Part shown: one piece after another, positions 18,385 through 28,544 of the stretch
Layout of the letters: each line of letters starts with the position of its first letter
Position numbering within the stretch: position 1 is the first letter of the stretch
NCBI GenBank assembly: GCA_030529995.1
Contig: JAUMVT010000007.1
Span: forward strand, 4,170 to 68,169
DNA from: Clostridia bacterium
GTDB lineage: Bacteria; Bacillota; Clostridia; Christensenellales; Aristaeellaceae
DNA length: 64,000 nt
Direction: 5' to 3'
Program-made: the position numbers and the translations under genes
Notes under the pieces: model-generated
Database searches by the model: none
What the model saw: the letters and a program-made list of their open reading frames with translations, nothing else
What the model was told of the DNA's origin: nothing

Positions 18385-19634
18385 GGCATGTCCTCCGTGT
18401 CGCCCATCATGGCCAGCTCCGTATCCTCATCCAGATCATCATCGTTTAGGCTGGCTACCCCCTGCAGCAGACCGATCAGGCACATGCTGGATACAAGGGA
18501 AGTGCCGCCGTAGCTGACAAAAGGCATGGTAACGCCGGTGAGGGGGATCAGCTTGATCACACCGCCGATAATGGTGAAGGTCTGCAGGGCGATCAGCACG
18601 GTGCAGCCCATGGCCAGCAGACCGTGAAAGCTCCGCCGAGCTGCCATGGCAATGGTAGCTCCCCGCCAAATCAGCGCCACATACATGGCCAGCACGCACA
18701 AGCCGAAGATCAGGCCGAACTGCTCGCAGATGACCGCAAAGATGAAGTCCGTGTGATACACCGGAATGGTGGTGGGGGTACCCAGCCCCAGGCCGCAGCC
18801 CAGCATGCCGCCGCTGGCCAGAGCCATCAAGCCCTGCACAATCTGGTAGCCGGCATTTTCGTAGTCGCTCCAGGGATTCAGCCAAATGGCTACCCGCTTT
18901 TTCACATGGGCAAACATTTTGTAGCCCATCACTGCCGCACCGCCGCCGCCGGCAAGACCCAGACCTGTCAGTGCCAGGTTGCCGGAAGATGCGTAGAACA
19001 GCATAAGGGTGGTGCCGTAGTACATGAGTGCCGTGCCCAAGTCCTTCTGCAGCATCAGCAGACCCAGACAGCATACGGCGAAAAACAGCCAGGGGATCAT
19101 TTTGTGCCGGCTCATGTAGAAGCTGATAATCACCAGCAGGCTCAGCTTCACAATCTCGCTGGGCTGCACGGACAGGCTGCCGATGTAGAACCAGTTCTTT
19201 GCACCGTTGGTTTCCTTGCCGATGACAAGGGGAAGCGCCAGCATGGCCAGGGATACGGGAATCATCAGCAGCACGGGAATGTGCCAGTTCCGGATGATCC
19301 GCACCAGATAGATGCACACCACCATCGTGCCCAGCCCCACGCCATAGTACATGGTCTGCTGATAAGCGTAGTTGGGATTGGTGGCATAGAGCACCAGCAC
19401 GCCCAATGCGCAAAGGAAATTCGTCAGAGAAAGCAGCAGCTTATCCGTTGGGAACAAGCGGCTCAGCAGGTTCGTCCCCACGGAAATCATGGCCGGTACA
19501 CCAAGGGCAAGGGCAAAGGCCTGCCAGGCAAAGTCCTTCAGCCCCAGCAGAATAAAGGCGCTGAAGAAGAAAAGCATGACCACCTGCGCCAGCCGCTGCC
19601 CCGGGTCACGATGAAGAGAGATACGGTTACGCAT
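18381..19634 (-). CDS. FtsW/RodA/SpoVE-family peptidoglycan polymerase
   Basis: 10-TM SEDS pattern with QPSEIVKL, LQKDLGTAL and TDFIFAVICEQFG motifs. Confidence 0.9.
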   Translation of the reverse strand: MRNRISLHRDPGQRLAQVVMLFFFSAFILLGLKDFAWQAFALALGVPAMISVGTNLLSRLFPTDKLLLSLTNFLCALGVLVLYATNPNYAYQQTMYYGVGLGTMVVCIYLVRIIRNWHIPVLLMIPVSLAMLALPLVIGKETNGAKNWFYIGSLSVQPSEIVKLSLLVIISFYMSRHKMIPWLFFAVCCLGLLMLQKDLGTALMYYGTTLMLFYASSGNLALTGLGLAGGGGAAVMGYKMFAHVKKRVAIWLNPWSDYENAGYQIVQGLMALASGGMLGCGLGLGTPTTIPVYHTDFIFAVICEQFGLIFGLCVLAMYVALIWRGATIAMAARRSFHGLLAMGCTVLIALQTFTIIGGVIKLIPLTGVTMPFVSYGGTSLVSSMCLIGLLQGVASLNDDDLDEDTELAMMGDTEDMP

Positions 19635-20397
19635 GCCGATCCCTCCTTCTGATCCAATGACGTTTGCCGGTTTCAGGCCCCTCCGGCACAGAAGAGATTA
19701 CCTGCTCTTGAGGCTGCATGTTTTCAGAATAAGGATAGGGCGGATACGCAGGCATCTGGGTTTCAACGGGATCCGGCTGCTGCATCGGCTGCCAATTGGC
19801 GTTCCCGTCATATGGCTGCTCCCAGGAGGCAGGCACCTGATGATAAATCACGTTCGTTGGCTGAGCATCTGCCTGCTGCGGCAGCTCATCATCGTCCGCC
19901 TGCATGGTGGCTGGACGATCCGTTTCCAAGCCCATAAAGACCCGCAGACGCAGGGTTGCCTCCCCGATTTTCAGGATGGAGCCATGATGCATGGGATGCT
20001 CCGTGCCGCTTCGGCGGTTTGTCACAAGTTCCCCGTCCACTTCTGCCGTGCATCCCCGATAGGGGAAGATCATCAAGCCCACACCATTCTTGAAGGATAC
20101 GTCGCAATGCTTCGGGGCAACGCCGTTCACCGGCACAATCAAGTCACAGCCCCGGACAAACCCCATGACGCCTTCCCAAGGCACGGGAATGGCTTCTCCC
20201 TCCGGCAGCTCTTCGCTGCCCTCCAGCACCACCATTTCACCAATGGTGCCTGCATCCGGCAATTGGCGGAGCCGCCGATGCTTCTCCCGCCTGTCCTTGT
20301 GCAGCCACAGAAAGGCACGCAGGACAATCATCACGCCCAGCAGCACAAACCAATACCGTGCGCCCAGGGCAAGGATTTCATAATATGCTTCGGGCAT
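19627..20397 (-). CDS. Membrane-anchored FHA-domain protein with Q/P-rich tail
   Basis: N-terminal TM helix, then an FHA-like core (GFVRGCDLIVP..APKHCDV..GSILKIGEATLRL). Overlaps the RodA-like gene by 8 nt. Confidence 0.7.
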   Translation of the reverse strand: MPEAYYEILALGARYWFVLLGVMIVLRAFLWLHKDRREKHRRLRQLPDAGTIGEMVVLEGSEELPEGEAIPVPWEGVMGFVRGCDLIVPVNGVAPKHCDVSFKNGVGLMIFPYRGCTAEVDGELVTNRRSGTEHPMHHGSILKIGEATLRLRVFMGLETDRPATMQADDDELPQQADAQPTNVIYHQVPASWEQPYDGNANWQPMQQPDPVETQMPAYPPYPYSENMQPQEQVISSVPEGPETGKRHWIRRRDRHA

Positions 20398-20417
20398 TTC
20401 CTGTTCCTTTCAAAATA

Positions 20418-21704
20418 TTACGCCAGCATGCCGCGCAGTTCCGCCAGCAGCGGCTTCAGGTTCCGGGGCGTTAGCTCCGGGTCACGCTGGATGGAAATCA
20501 CCAGATTTTCCGGCCGGAACACGGACTGAGCCGCATCCAGCAAATCTTCACAGGTCAGGTCATCGTACATTTTGGCGGACGCATCCAGATCACAGCGGGA
20601 CAAATCCTCTGCCAGGCAGCTCCATCCCATCAGGTCGTTCATGCCTTCCACTTCATCTTGATAGAAGACAAGGTTCTGGGTAAACTGCATCCTTGTCTCA
20701 TCCAGCCGGGCAGGCTTCACGTACATGCGCAGCCGCTTCAGGAGGGTAAACACCTTCCGAAGACTTTCTGCCAGCAGCTCCTGCCGCACATCATAGCGAA
20801 TCACCAGCCGCCGGAACATGCCCAGTTCCTCAATGGAAGAATCAATCTCCGCCACCAGCGCTTCTTCTTCCCGCAGGGTTTGGAAGAGGAGAGAATCATT
20901 GTCCGCCCCGGTGATGGCATTCAGCACTTCACCGGCCAAGGGGAAAACACGATCATCATCCAGGTCAAAAGCCAAATGTACCTTGGCCTGACCGCCGACT
21001 TCGTCCATCACCAGGTCAGAGGTGGAATCCCGCATGCACATGTTCAGGGGCGTAGGCTGGCAGAAAGGATCCTCTTCCGTCAGGTTCTTCAGTTCTTCAA
21101 AGGACTGAACCACAGCATCCTCCATGGCGGGAGAAAAATTTCCCGTCAGGCAGAGGCACGCATTCCGAGGCTGAAATACCATCCGCTGCCAGCGACGAAT
21201 GGTGGCTTCGCTCATGCCGTCGATGCCTTCCGCCGTGCCCATCAGGGGATAAACCCCGGAAGAGGTTCTACGCCAGCGGCGGTTAACCTCCTCCTCAAAG
21301 TCGCAGTCCTCCTGCTCAATCTGCCGAATGACCACCTGCTTTTCCCGGCTGATCTGCTCCGCTGTCCACGGCACATCCGCAAAAAAACGGAGGAACATAT
21401 CCAGCCCATCGTCAAAAAAACGTGGCAGGGTCTTCATACGGAAGACAATCGCCTCCGGATAGGTGGCGCCGTCCATTTCCGTGCCCATCCGATCCCACAG
21501 GCTGTTCATGGCAGAGGCCTCCATACCGCCCAAAGAGCGGAAGCACAAATGCTCCAACAGGTGGCTGATGCCCTGATTCTGCCTGTTTTCATACAAGGCA
21601 CCGCCCCGCAGGTACAGCCCGAACTCCATGGCATGCAGGTGGCTCTGGGGGCAGCAAAGGACATTCATCCCGTTGGTCAGCAAATGTTCATGGACGGCAG
21701 ACAT
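20418..21704 (-). CDS. M16 (pitrilysin/insulinase) family peptidase
   Basis: Inverted zinc motif HLLEH (HxxEH) in GISHLLEHLCF. Start trimmed to MSAVHEHLL behind GAGGAGG. Confidence 0.8.
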   Translation of the reverse strand: MSAVHEHLLTNGMNVLCCPQSHLHAMEFGLYLRGGALYENRQNQGISHLLEHLCFRSLGGMEASAMNSLWDRMGTEMDGATYPEAIVFRMKTLPRFFDDGLDMFLRFFADVPWTAEQISREKQVVIRQIEQEDCDFEEEVNRRWRRTSSGVYPLMGTAEGIDGMSEATIRRWQRMVFQPRNACLCLTGNFSPAMEDAVVQSFEELKNLTEEDPFCQPTPLNMCMRDSTSDLVMDEVGGQAKVHLAFDLDDDRVFPLAGEVLNAITGADNDSLLFQTLREEEALVAEIDSSIEELGMFRRLVIRYDVRQELLAESLRKVFTLLKRLRMYVKPARLDETRMQFTQNLVFYQDEVEGMNDLMGWSCLAEDLSRCDLDASAKMYDDLTCEDLLDAAQSVFRPENLVISIQRDPELTPRNLKPLLAELRGMLA

Positions 21705-21828
21705 AGGTCGTTCCTCCTCGGTTGTTGTCATGCCAACATTATAGAGGAAAAAGCAGCAGAACGCAACCTGGGGGAGAAAAGCAGCAGGAAAAAATTTAAT
21801 TTTCGCTGTTTGAACCCTTGCTTTCCGC

Positions 21829-21857
21829 TTGACAACGGTCTCTTTTTCTCGTATACT
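21829..21857 (+). promoter_or_regulatory. Sigma70-type promoter of rplM-rpsI
   Basis: TTGACA, 17 nt, TATACT. Confidence 0.6.
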
Positions 21858-21971
21858 AGCAGATGGCTTCAATAGCTCCGCTAGCCCCGGAAACTATTGA
21901 CTCGCGGAAAATGTGCGACCATCACATCAGTACGCATTCTCTTTTTGACCACCATCCGAGGAGGAATACCT

Positions 21972-22403
21972 TTGAAGACGTTTATGCCGAAAGCAGCGGA
22001 CATCACCCGCAAGTGGTATGTTGTTGACGCTGAGGGTCAGGTATTTGGCCGCGTGGCAAGCCAGGTTGCTTCCATCCTGCGCGGTAAGAATAAGCCCATC
22101 TACACCCCTAATGTAGATACCGGTGACTATGTCATCATTATCAATGCAGATAAGATCGTTATGACCGGCAAGAAGCTGGATCAGAAGATCTACTATCATC
22201 ACAGCGGCTATACCGGCGGTCTGAAGGAGACCAAGTACCGCAAGCTGCTGGCTGAAAAGCCCGAGTTTGCTATCCGCCGTGCGGTTGTGGGCATGCTGCC
22301 CAAGGGACCTCTGGGCCGTCAGATGGCCAAGAAGCTCAAGGTGTACAGCGGTGCTGAGCACGAGCATGCCGCACAGAACCCCGAAAAGTACGAACTGATC
22401 TAA
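21972..22403 (+). CDS. rplM: 50S ribosomal protein L13
   Basis: TTG start behind GGAGGA gives (M)[19 protein letters not shown], the canonical L13 N-terminus. Confidence 0.9.
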   Translation: MKTFMPKAADITRKWYVVDAEGQVFGRVASQVASILRGKNKPIYTPNVDTGDYVIIINADKIVMTGKKLDQKIYYHHSGYTGGLKETKYRKLLAEKPEFAIRRAVVGMLPKGPLGRQMAKKLKVYSGAEHEHAAQNPEKYELI

Positions 22404-22426
22404 GGCGGAAAGGAGACGTTTGAATC

Positions 22427-22816
22427 ATGGCAAAGGTAGATTACAGCGCTGTTGGCCGCCGGAAGAAGGCAGTTGCCCGCGTTCGTCTGGTTCCCGGTGA
22501 CGGCAAGATCGTCATCAACAAGCGTGACATTGACGCTTACTTTGGTCTGGAGACCCTGAAGATGACCGTTCGTCAGCCCCTGACCCTCACCAACGTCGGC
22601 AACTTCGACGTGATGGTGAATGTGAACGGCGGCGGCTTGACCGGTCAGGCCGGTGCCATCCGTCACGGCATCAGCCGTGCTCTGTGCAAGGCTGATCCTG
22701 AGCTGCGCGGTGCCCTGAAGAAGGCTGGTTTCCTCACTCGCGATCCTCGTATGAAGGAACGTAAGAAGTACGGCCTCAAGGCTGCCCGTCGTGCTCCTCA
22801 GTTCAGCAAGCGCTGA
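22427..22816 (+). CDS. rpsI: 30S ribosomal protein S9
   Basis: [10 protein letters not shown]...[19 protein letters not shown]...[17 protein letters not shown]. Confidence 0.95.
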   Translation: MAKVDYSAVGRRKKAVARVRLVPGDGKIVINKRDIDAYFGLETLKMTVRQPLTLTNVGNFDVMVNVNGGGLTGQAGAIRHGISRALCKADPELRGALKKAGFLTRDPRMKERKKYGLKAARRAPQFSKR

Positions 22817-22846
22817 TCAGGCACGATTCTCAATCGAAGCATCAAA

Positions 22847-22882
22847 GTCTCGGAAGGGAAATTCCTTTCCGGGACTTTTTTA
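22847..22882 (+). terminator. Intrinsic terminator after rpsI
   Basis: GTCTCGGAAGGGAA / TTCCTTTCCGGGAC stem followed by TTTTTT. Confidence 0.8.
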
Positions 22883-22958
22883 TATCCGAATGGAAGTGAG
22901 AAAGTGCCCGCACCAAAATATTTTCATCCTCGATTGCCATGCTTTTTTCCCCATGCGA

Positions 22959-22987
22959 TTGATTTTATCTTCTCCCTTCACTATAAT
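22959..22987 (+). promoter_or_regulatory. Candidate purB promoter
   Basis: TTGATT, 17 nt, TATAAT. Confidence 0.5.
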
Positions 22988-23060
22988 GGATAGTGAAGAG
23001 GACTCTTCCGGCGACGGGTCTCCTGCGCCGATTACGCAAGATAAATCGGAGGAACGCTTT

Positions 23061-24494
23061 ATGCCTCATGACAGCTACATCAGCCCTTTTTCCACCCGCT
23101 ATGCAAGCCGTGAAATGCAGTACGTCTTCTCGGAGGACAACAAGTTCCGCACTTGGCGGAAGCTGTGGATCGCTCTGGCACGGGCGGAGAAGAATCAGGG
23201 ACTGGACATTACCGACGACCAGATCGCCGAGCTGGAAGCCCACCGGGAGGACATCAACTATGAAGATGCCCAGCGCCGGGAGAAGGAATGCCGCCATGAC
23301 GTGATGAGCCACGTGTATGCCTACGGGCTTCAGTGCCCCGGGGCGGCAGGCATTATCCACCTGGGAGCGACCTCCTGCTACGTGGGAGATAACACGGACA
23401 TTATCATCATGCGGGAAGGCATGAACATCCTGCGGCGGAAGCTGCTGAATGTGATGAGCCTGCTGGCAGACTTTGCGGAAAAGTACAAGGCTCTGCCCTG
23501 CCTGGCCTATACCCATCTGCAGCCGGCTCAGCTGACCACGGTTGGCAAGCGTGCCTCTTTGTGGCTGAATGAATTGACCATGGACTATCAGGAGCTGGAG
23601 CACCGCCTGTCTACCCTAGCCATGCTGGGCAGCAAGGGAACCACCGGCACCCAGGCTTCCTTTATGGAGCTGTTCAACGGGGACACCGCAAAGATTGATG
23701 CGGTGGAGCAGGACATTGCCAAGGCCATGGGCTTTGATAAAATTGTGCCGGTATCCGGTCAGACCTATTCACGGAAGGTGGACTATCAGGTGCTGTCCGT
23801 GCTCAGCGGCATCGCCCAGTCTGCCAGCAAGTTCGCCTACGATATGCGGCTGCTGGCCAGCTTCAAGGAAATGGAGGAGCCCTTCGAGAAGCATCAAATC
23901 GGTTCCTCTGCCATGCCCTACAAGCGGAACCCCATGCGGTGCGAGCGGATTGACGCCCTTGCCCGGTACGTCATGGTGGACGTGCTGAATCCGGCCATTA
24001 CCACCAGTGTACAGTTCTTTGAGCGCACCCTGGACGACTCTGCCAACAAGCGGATCGCCGTGGCGGAAGCCTTCCTGGGGGTGGATGCCATCCTGAACAT
24101 TATGATGAACGTGTGCGACGGCCTTGTGGTGTATGACAAAGTGATCCGTGCACGGGTGATGAATGAGCTGCCTTTCATGGCCACGGAAAACATCATGATG
24201 GATGCGGTGAAGAAGGGGGGCAACCGGCAGGAACTGCATGAGAAGCTGCGGGTGCATTCTCAGGCCGCCGCACGGGTAGTAAAGGAAGAAGGCGGTACCA
24301 ATGACTTGGTGGATCGTATTGCCGCAGACCATGCCTTCATGATCACCAAGGAGGAGATTCAGGCCATCCTGAAGCCGGAGGAATTTACCGGCAGGAGCAG
24401 CCAGCAGGTGGACGCCTTCCTGCAGGAAGTGGTTCGCCCCATTCTGGATGCCAACAAGGAAGTCCTGGGCGAAAAGCAGGAACTGAGCGTCTGA
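23061..24494 (+). CDS. purB: Adenylosuccinate lyase
   Basis: Start at MPHDSYISPFSTRYAS behind GGAGGA. The fumarate-lyase signature GSSAMPYKRNP is present. Confidence 0.9.
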   Translation: MPHDSYISPFSTRYASREMQYVFSEDNKFRTWRKLWIALARAEKNQGLDITDDQIAELEAHREDINYEDAQRREKECRHDVMSHVYAYGLQCPGAAGIIHLGATSCYVGDNTDIIIMREGMNILRRKLLNVMSLLADFAEKYKALPCLAYTHLQPAQLTTVGKRASLWLNELTMDYQELEHRLSTLAMLGSKGTTGTQASFMELFNGDTAKIDAVEQDIAKAMGFDKIVPVSGQTYSRKVDYQVLSVLSGIAQSASKFAYDMRLLASFKEMEEPFEKHQIGSSAMPYKRNPMRCERIDALARYVMVDVLNPAITTSVQFFERTLDDSANKRIAVAEAFLGVDAILNIMMNVCDGLVVYDKVIRARVMNELPFMATENIMMDAVKKGGNRQELHEKLRVHSQAAARVVKEEGGTNDLVDRIAADHAFMITKEEIQAILKPEEFTGRSSQQVDAFLQEVVRPILDANKEVLGEKQELSV

Positions 24495-24644
24495 TCTGCA
24501 ACGTATGAATTTTTTGTAACCTTGGAATTTTTTCTGCCGCTGGATCGTTAAATAGCGGTATGATAGAGACAGACCCTGGCGTTGATCTCCGCCGGCAACA
24601 GCGGTTCACCGGGCGTGCGTAGTTAGAAAGTGGGGAGAGGCTCC

Positions 24645-25502
24645 GTGACATCACTATGGAATACGATCCAGACCACCCTGTGGAACGTGTTTCACCGACC
24701 CAGCTTGACGGACATTGTGGACATTTTGGTGGTTGCCGTCATCATTTACGAGCTGCTGATGCTCACCAGGCAGACCAGGGGCAGCGCCGTATTAAAGGGA
24801 TTGGTGCTGCTTCTCCTTGCTACCTGGTGCAGCCAGCTGCTTGGGCTTACAGCCCTGAACTGGATGCTGATGAGCGTCATCAACAATGGTGCACTGGTGC
24901 TGGTGATTCTGTTCCAGCCGGAATTGCGAAAGGCACTGGAGCAAATCGGCCGCGGTGCTCTCATTGAGCATCGGGATGAAGACGGGGATGATCGGCGGCG
25001 AATTGTGGACGAAATCATTCAGTGCATGCTGGATCTGAGCCGCCGCCGGGTAGGTGCCCTGATCGTCTTCGAGCAGAAGACCGGCCTGAAGGATGTGAGC
25101 GAAACCGGCACCGCCGTGGATGCTCTCATTTCTGCTCCTTTGCTGGAGAATATTTTTGAGCCCAACACCCCCCTGCATGACGGGGCTGTGGTGATTCGGG
25201 GAACACGGGTTATGGCGGCTGCCTGCATCCTGACCCTGACGGAAGGCCGAGGGGTCAGCCGGGATCTGGGCACGCGGCACCGGGCGGCACTGGGCATCAG
25301 CGAAACCACGGATGCTACGGTGCTCATCGTTTCCGAGGAAACGGGTATCATCTCCATGGCTAAGGGTGGCAAGCTGACCCGGCATCTGGACGCCAACTCT
25401 CTTCGGGATATTCTGGAAGGCATGTATACCCAGCCCAAGCACGACCTTCGCAGCATGCTGAGCCGCCTGAAGCAGGCCAAGAAAAAGGAGGCCGCAAAAT
25501 GA
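24645..25502 (+). CDS. cdaA: Diadenylate cyclase CdaA (DAC domain, 3 N-terminal TM helices)
   Basis: DAC motifs are present: GALIV, PLHDGAVVIRG and TRHRAALGISE.TDA. GTG start at 24645 behind GGGGAGAGG, with GTG 24630 as an alternative. Confidence 0.88.
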   Translation: MTSLWNTIQTTLWNVFHRPSLTDIVDILVVAVIIYELLMLTRQTRGSAVLKGLVLLLLATWCSQLLGLTALNWMLMSVINNGALVLVILFQPELRKALEQIGRGALIEHRDEDGDDRRRIVDEIIQCMLDLSRRRVGALIVFEQKTGLKDVSETGTAVDALISAPLLENIFEPNTPLHDGAVVIRGTRVMAAACILTLTEGRGVSRDLGTRHRAALGISETTDATVLIVSEETGIISMAKGGKLTRHLDANSLRDILEGMYTQPKHDLRSMLSRLKQAKKKEAAK

Positions 25503-26836
25503 GCCAGCAATCTCCTTCCGAAAAAAAGCAGGATCGGGTCACGGTGGGGGAGATCCTGAACCACCTGTGGCATGTGACGAAAAAGAACTGGGGCTTTAAG
25601 CTGCTGGCACTGCTGATTGCCATTGGGCTGTGGGCAGGACTGATTACCCAAGACCCTACGCTGACAAGAGAAAAAATCTTCACCGGCGTGTCCGTTACCG
25701 TATCCGGGGCGGATACCCTGAAGCGGAACGGCTATATTGTTACTTCTGACTTGGAGGATGTGCTTTCCGGCGTGCAGATGAAGGCAGACGTGCCTCAGAT
25801 GCAGTATCAGGATGCATCCGCCACCAACTATAATGTGCGTATCGACCTGAGCCGCATCCGGGAAACCGGTACCCAGCGGCTGCGGCTGACGGCCACCAAC
25901 TCCAGCACCTATGGCACGGTGACGGAAATCGTACCCGAAAGTGTGGAAGTTACGGTGGAGGAGTACGTGACACGGTACCGCATTCCCGTGGCACTGCAGG
26001 TGATCGGTGAAGCTCCGGAAGGCTACTATGCCGCTACCCCTAATCTGGATCCGCCCCTGGTGGCGGTCTCCGGCCCCAAGTCTCTGGTGGATCAAATCGC
26101 CCGTGCGGAGGCGGTGCTTGACCTTTCTACCCTGCCTGCACGGGAAGGGCTGATCCGCACCACGGTGCCCTTTACCCTGCTGGATAGCGAGGGCAATGTG
26201 GTGGAGAGCAGCCTGCTGGAGGTAACCAGCGAGTCTGTGCTGCTGGACTCCGTGGTAGTGGAGCAGCAGCTGTATCCCAAGCGTACCCTGAGCCTTTCCG
26301 GTACGGGAATTATCACCGGTACCCCGGCGGATGGGTATGAAGTGAAGTCTGTGACCATTACGCCTTCGGTGATTACCGTGGCCGGGTCTTCCGCCAGTTT
26401 GGATCTGGTAGATACCATCTACCCGGATGGCTCGGTAAGCGTGGCAGGTGCATCGGCCTCCTTTACCCAGCAGGTGAAAGTACGGAAGACTTCCGAAATG
26501 TCCTACATCAGCAATGACTCGGTGACGGTGGAGGTGGAAATCGGCCCTGCCATTACCAGCCGAACACTGAAGAACGTTCGTGTGTCCCTGACCAACGTAG
26601 GCAGCGGGCTGAATGCCGTGCTCTCTACGGCGCAGGCCAATGTAACCATTACCGGCCCTCAGCTGGTGGTAGAAAATTTGTGGAACAGCAGCGTTACCTT
26701 GACCTGTGATGTTTCCGGCCTGACTGCCGGAGCGTATGAGCTGCCTGTCAGCTATACCCTTTCCGGGGATGAGGAGGGGGCGTGCACCGTGGAAACAGAT
26801 CCGGCAAAGATTACGGTGACGCTGACCCAGCGGTAA
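25499..26836 (+). CDS. cdaR: CdaR (YbbR-repeat) regulator of CdaA
   Basis: 4-nt overlap with cdaA. One N-terminal TM helix, then repeated beta-rich YbbR-like modules. Confidence 0.8.
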   Translation: MSQQSPSEKKQDRVTVGEILNHLWHVTKKNWGFKLLALLIAIGLWAGLITQDPTLTREKIFTGVSVTVSGADTLKRNGYIVTSDLEDVLSGVQMKADVPQMQYQDASATNYNVRIDLSRIRETGTQRLRLTATNSSTYGTVTEIVPESVEVTVEEYVTRYRIPVALQVIGEAPEGYYAATPNLDPPLVAVSGPKSLVDQIARAEAVLDLSTLPAREGLIRTTVPFTLLDSEGNVVESSLLEVTSESVLLDSVVVEQQLYPKRTLSLSGTGIITGTPADGYEVKSVTITPSVITVAGSSASLDLVDTIYPDGSVSVAGASASFTQQVKVRKTSEMSYISNDSVTVEVEIGPAITSRTLKNVRVSLTNVGSGLNAVLSTAQANVTITGPQLVVENLWNSSVTLTCDVSGLTAGAYELPVSYTLSGDEEGACTVETDPAKITVTLTQR

Positions 26837-26896
26837 GCGGGCATTTTATTACCAAGCAAACCTAAAGAATACGATTTTCATGAAAGGAGGCTTGGC

Positions 26897-27640
26897 ATGG
26901 GCAACTTTGCCAATACCGTTTTCAGCATGATGCTGGGGTGGTTTCGCACCGCTGTATCTGATCTATGGAATCTTTTCACTGCATCCGACGGCAACAGCCT
27001 CCTTGCATGGATCGGAAACCACTGGATTCATCTGGTGATCATCCTGTGCGTTGCAGGCACGGCGATTGATATTGTGGTGCATCTGTTTCGCTGGCGTCCG
27101 CTTACCGTGTGGGCAAGCTTTTTCCGCCGCCTTCGCCGCCATGGCCGGGATGAAGAAGAGCCGGAACATCCTCACCGTCGCAAACAGCAGCAATGGATTT
27201 ATGCTGACGGCAGCACGGCGCCGACACCTGATCAGGACTGGCAGGATGACATGCCGGAGGATGAGGATTTCGCCCAGGACTATGATCAGCCGGCACCTAT
27301 GGTGGCCAGTATGTCCCACACCCAGTATCGGCGGAATACCTACGCCAATCAGGTGCCCCCGGGCATGGAGGATTATCCTCATCCCACTCCTGTGCAGGAG
27401 GAAACCCTGCCTCCTGAGCCCATTAGCCGGGAGGCAGCTGTACCTCAGCAGGACAGCGAAAGCCGCTCCCGCCGGGTACTGCGTCGGGTAGCGGAAATTC
27501 CCAAGTCTATTTGGCAAGACGAGGACAACGATGAGCTGCAGCTCCGCTATCAGCCTGCCAAGCCTGCGGTGGATAAAGAGGACGCCTACCATGCGCCGGT
27601 GTATCCGCCTACGTGGAGGAAACCTACACAGCAATCTTAA
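26897..27640 (+). CDS. Hypothetical membrane protein with a disordered acidic/Pro-rich C-terminal half
   Basis: AAAGGAGG SD and two N-terminal TM segments. No family recognised. Confidence 0.55.
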   Translation: MGNFANTVFSMMLGWFRTAVSDLWNLFTASDGNSLLAWIGNHWIHLVIILCVAGTAIDIVVHLFRWRPLTVWASFFRRLRRHGRDEEEPEHPHRRKQQQWIYADGSTAPTPDQDWQDDMPEDEDFAQDYDQPAPMVASMSHTQYRRNTYANQVPPGMEDYPHPTPVQEETLPPEPISREAAVPQQDSESRSRRVLRRVAEIPKSIWQDEDNDELQLRYQPAKPAVDKEDAYHAPVYPPTWRKPTQQS

Positions 27641-27711
27641 TTTTTCGGCAAGGGGCATGAAACGATTTCCCCTTGCCCATTCTTTTAGGGAAAAACGGAG
27701 GAAACTTGACC

Positions 27712-28341
27712 ATGAGTAAGTGCGTGATCATTGCGCCCCTGTACGCCGGGGAGGAACCGGCATGGACGGAAAGACAGGAAGGAGATTGCATCCTCTGCGC
27801 CGATGGGGGCTATGATGCCGCCAAACGCTTCGGCATCACCCCGGATCTGGTGATTGGGGACTTTGACTCCATGCCTGTGGATCACGTGCAGGGCGTTCCC
27901 ATCCGCCGCCTGCCCGTCCACAAAGATGACACGGATATGGAAGTTTGCCTGGCGGAAGGCAGAAGCCGGGGCTATCGGGAATTTTACCTGCTGGGCTGCA
28001 TCGGGGGCAGGCTGGATCACACCATCAGTAACCTGCAGTGCCTGTACGATTGCGCCCTTCGCGGGGAAACCGTATGGATGGCGGACGGCCAAAACCGGGT
28101 GACGATGCTGCTGCCCGGGGCGTATACTCTGACGCCCGTGCCCGGCAGGCATGTGTCCCTGCTGGCCTTTACCCCGGAGGTTACGGGGATTGACCTGACC
28201 GGCACGGAATGGGAGTTGCATCAGGCGACACTAACCCAGCGGGATCCCATCGGGGTGAGCAATGAGGCGCTGCAGGCACAGGTGCAGCTGAAATTTGAGC
28301 AGGGAGCACTGCTGGTGCTGTATACGGAGGATAAAAAGTAA
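27712..28341 (+). CDS. Thiamine pyrophosphokinase
   Basis: Start at MSKCVIIAP behind GGAGGA. The patterns CADGG..P.L.IGDFDS, KD.TD.E and GG.GGR.DH are typical of TPK. Confidence 0.8.
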   Translation: MSKCVIIAPLYAGEEPAWTERQEGDCILCADGGYDAAKRFGITPDLVIGDFDSMPVDHVQGVPIRRLPVHKDDTDMEVCLAEGRSRGYREFYLLGCIGGRLDHTISNLQCLYDCALRGETVWMADGQNRVTMLLPGAYTLTPVPGRHVSLLAFTPEVTGIDLTGTEWELHQATLTQRDPIGVSNEALQAQVQLKFEQGALLVLYTEDKK

Positions 28342-28544
28342 ATCTCGGCAGAATCTGAGCTTTTACAGGGACTTCAGAGCGAAACGATGAACATGGGCAC
28401 GAATGAACGGGCTGAACATTCATTATACAAAATTAACCTGTTTATGTACTTTCCATTCCCTTGCTCATCCGCTCCATCTGTGGTATCATGCCTGTCGATG
28501 CCAAAGGCATCCATCAAGTAAAGGTAAACCGGGAGGCGGAAGGT

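Noticed and set aside
21858-21971. Possible ribosomal-protein L13 leader RNA upstream of rplM
   Set aside because: The length (about 110 nt) and position fit, but I cannot recall or verify the consensus well enough to call it. An Rfam scan with the L13 leader model is needed.
22988-23060. Possible purine riboswitch or PurBox in the purB leader
   Set aside because: The leader is only about 70 nt and lacks the conserved purine-riboswitch junction sequences. No PurBox could be asserted by eye.
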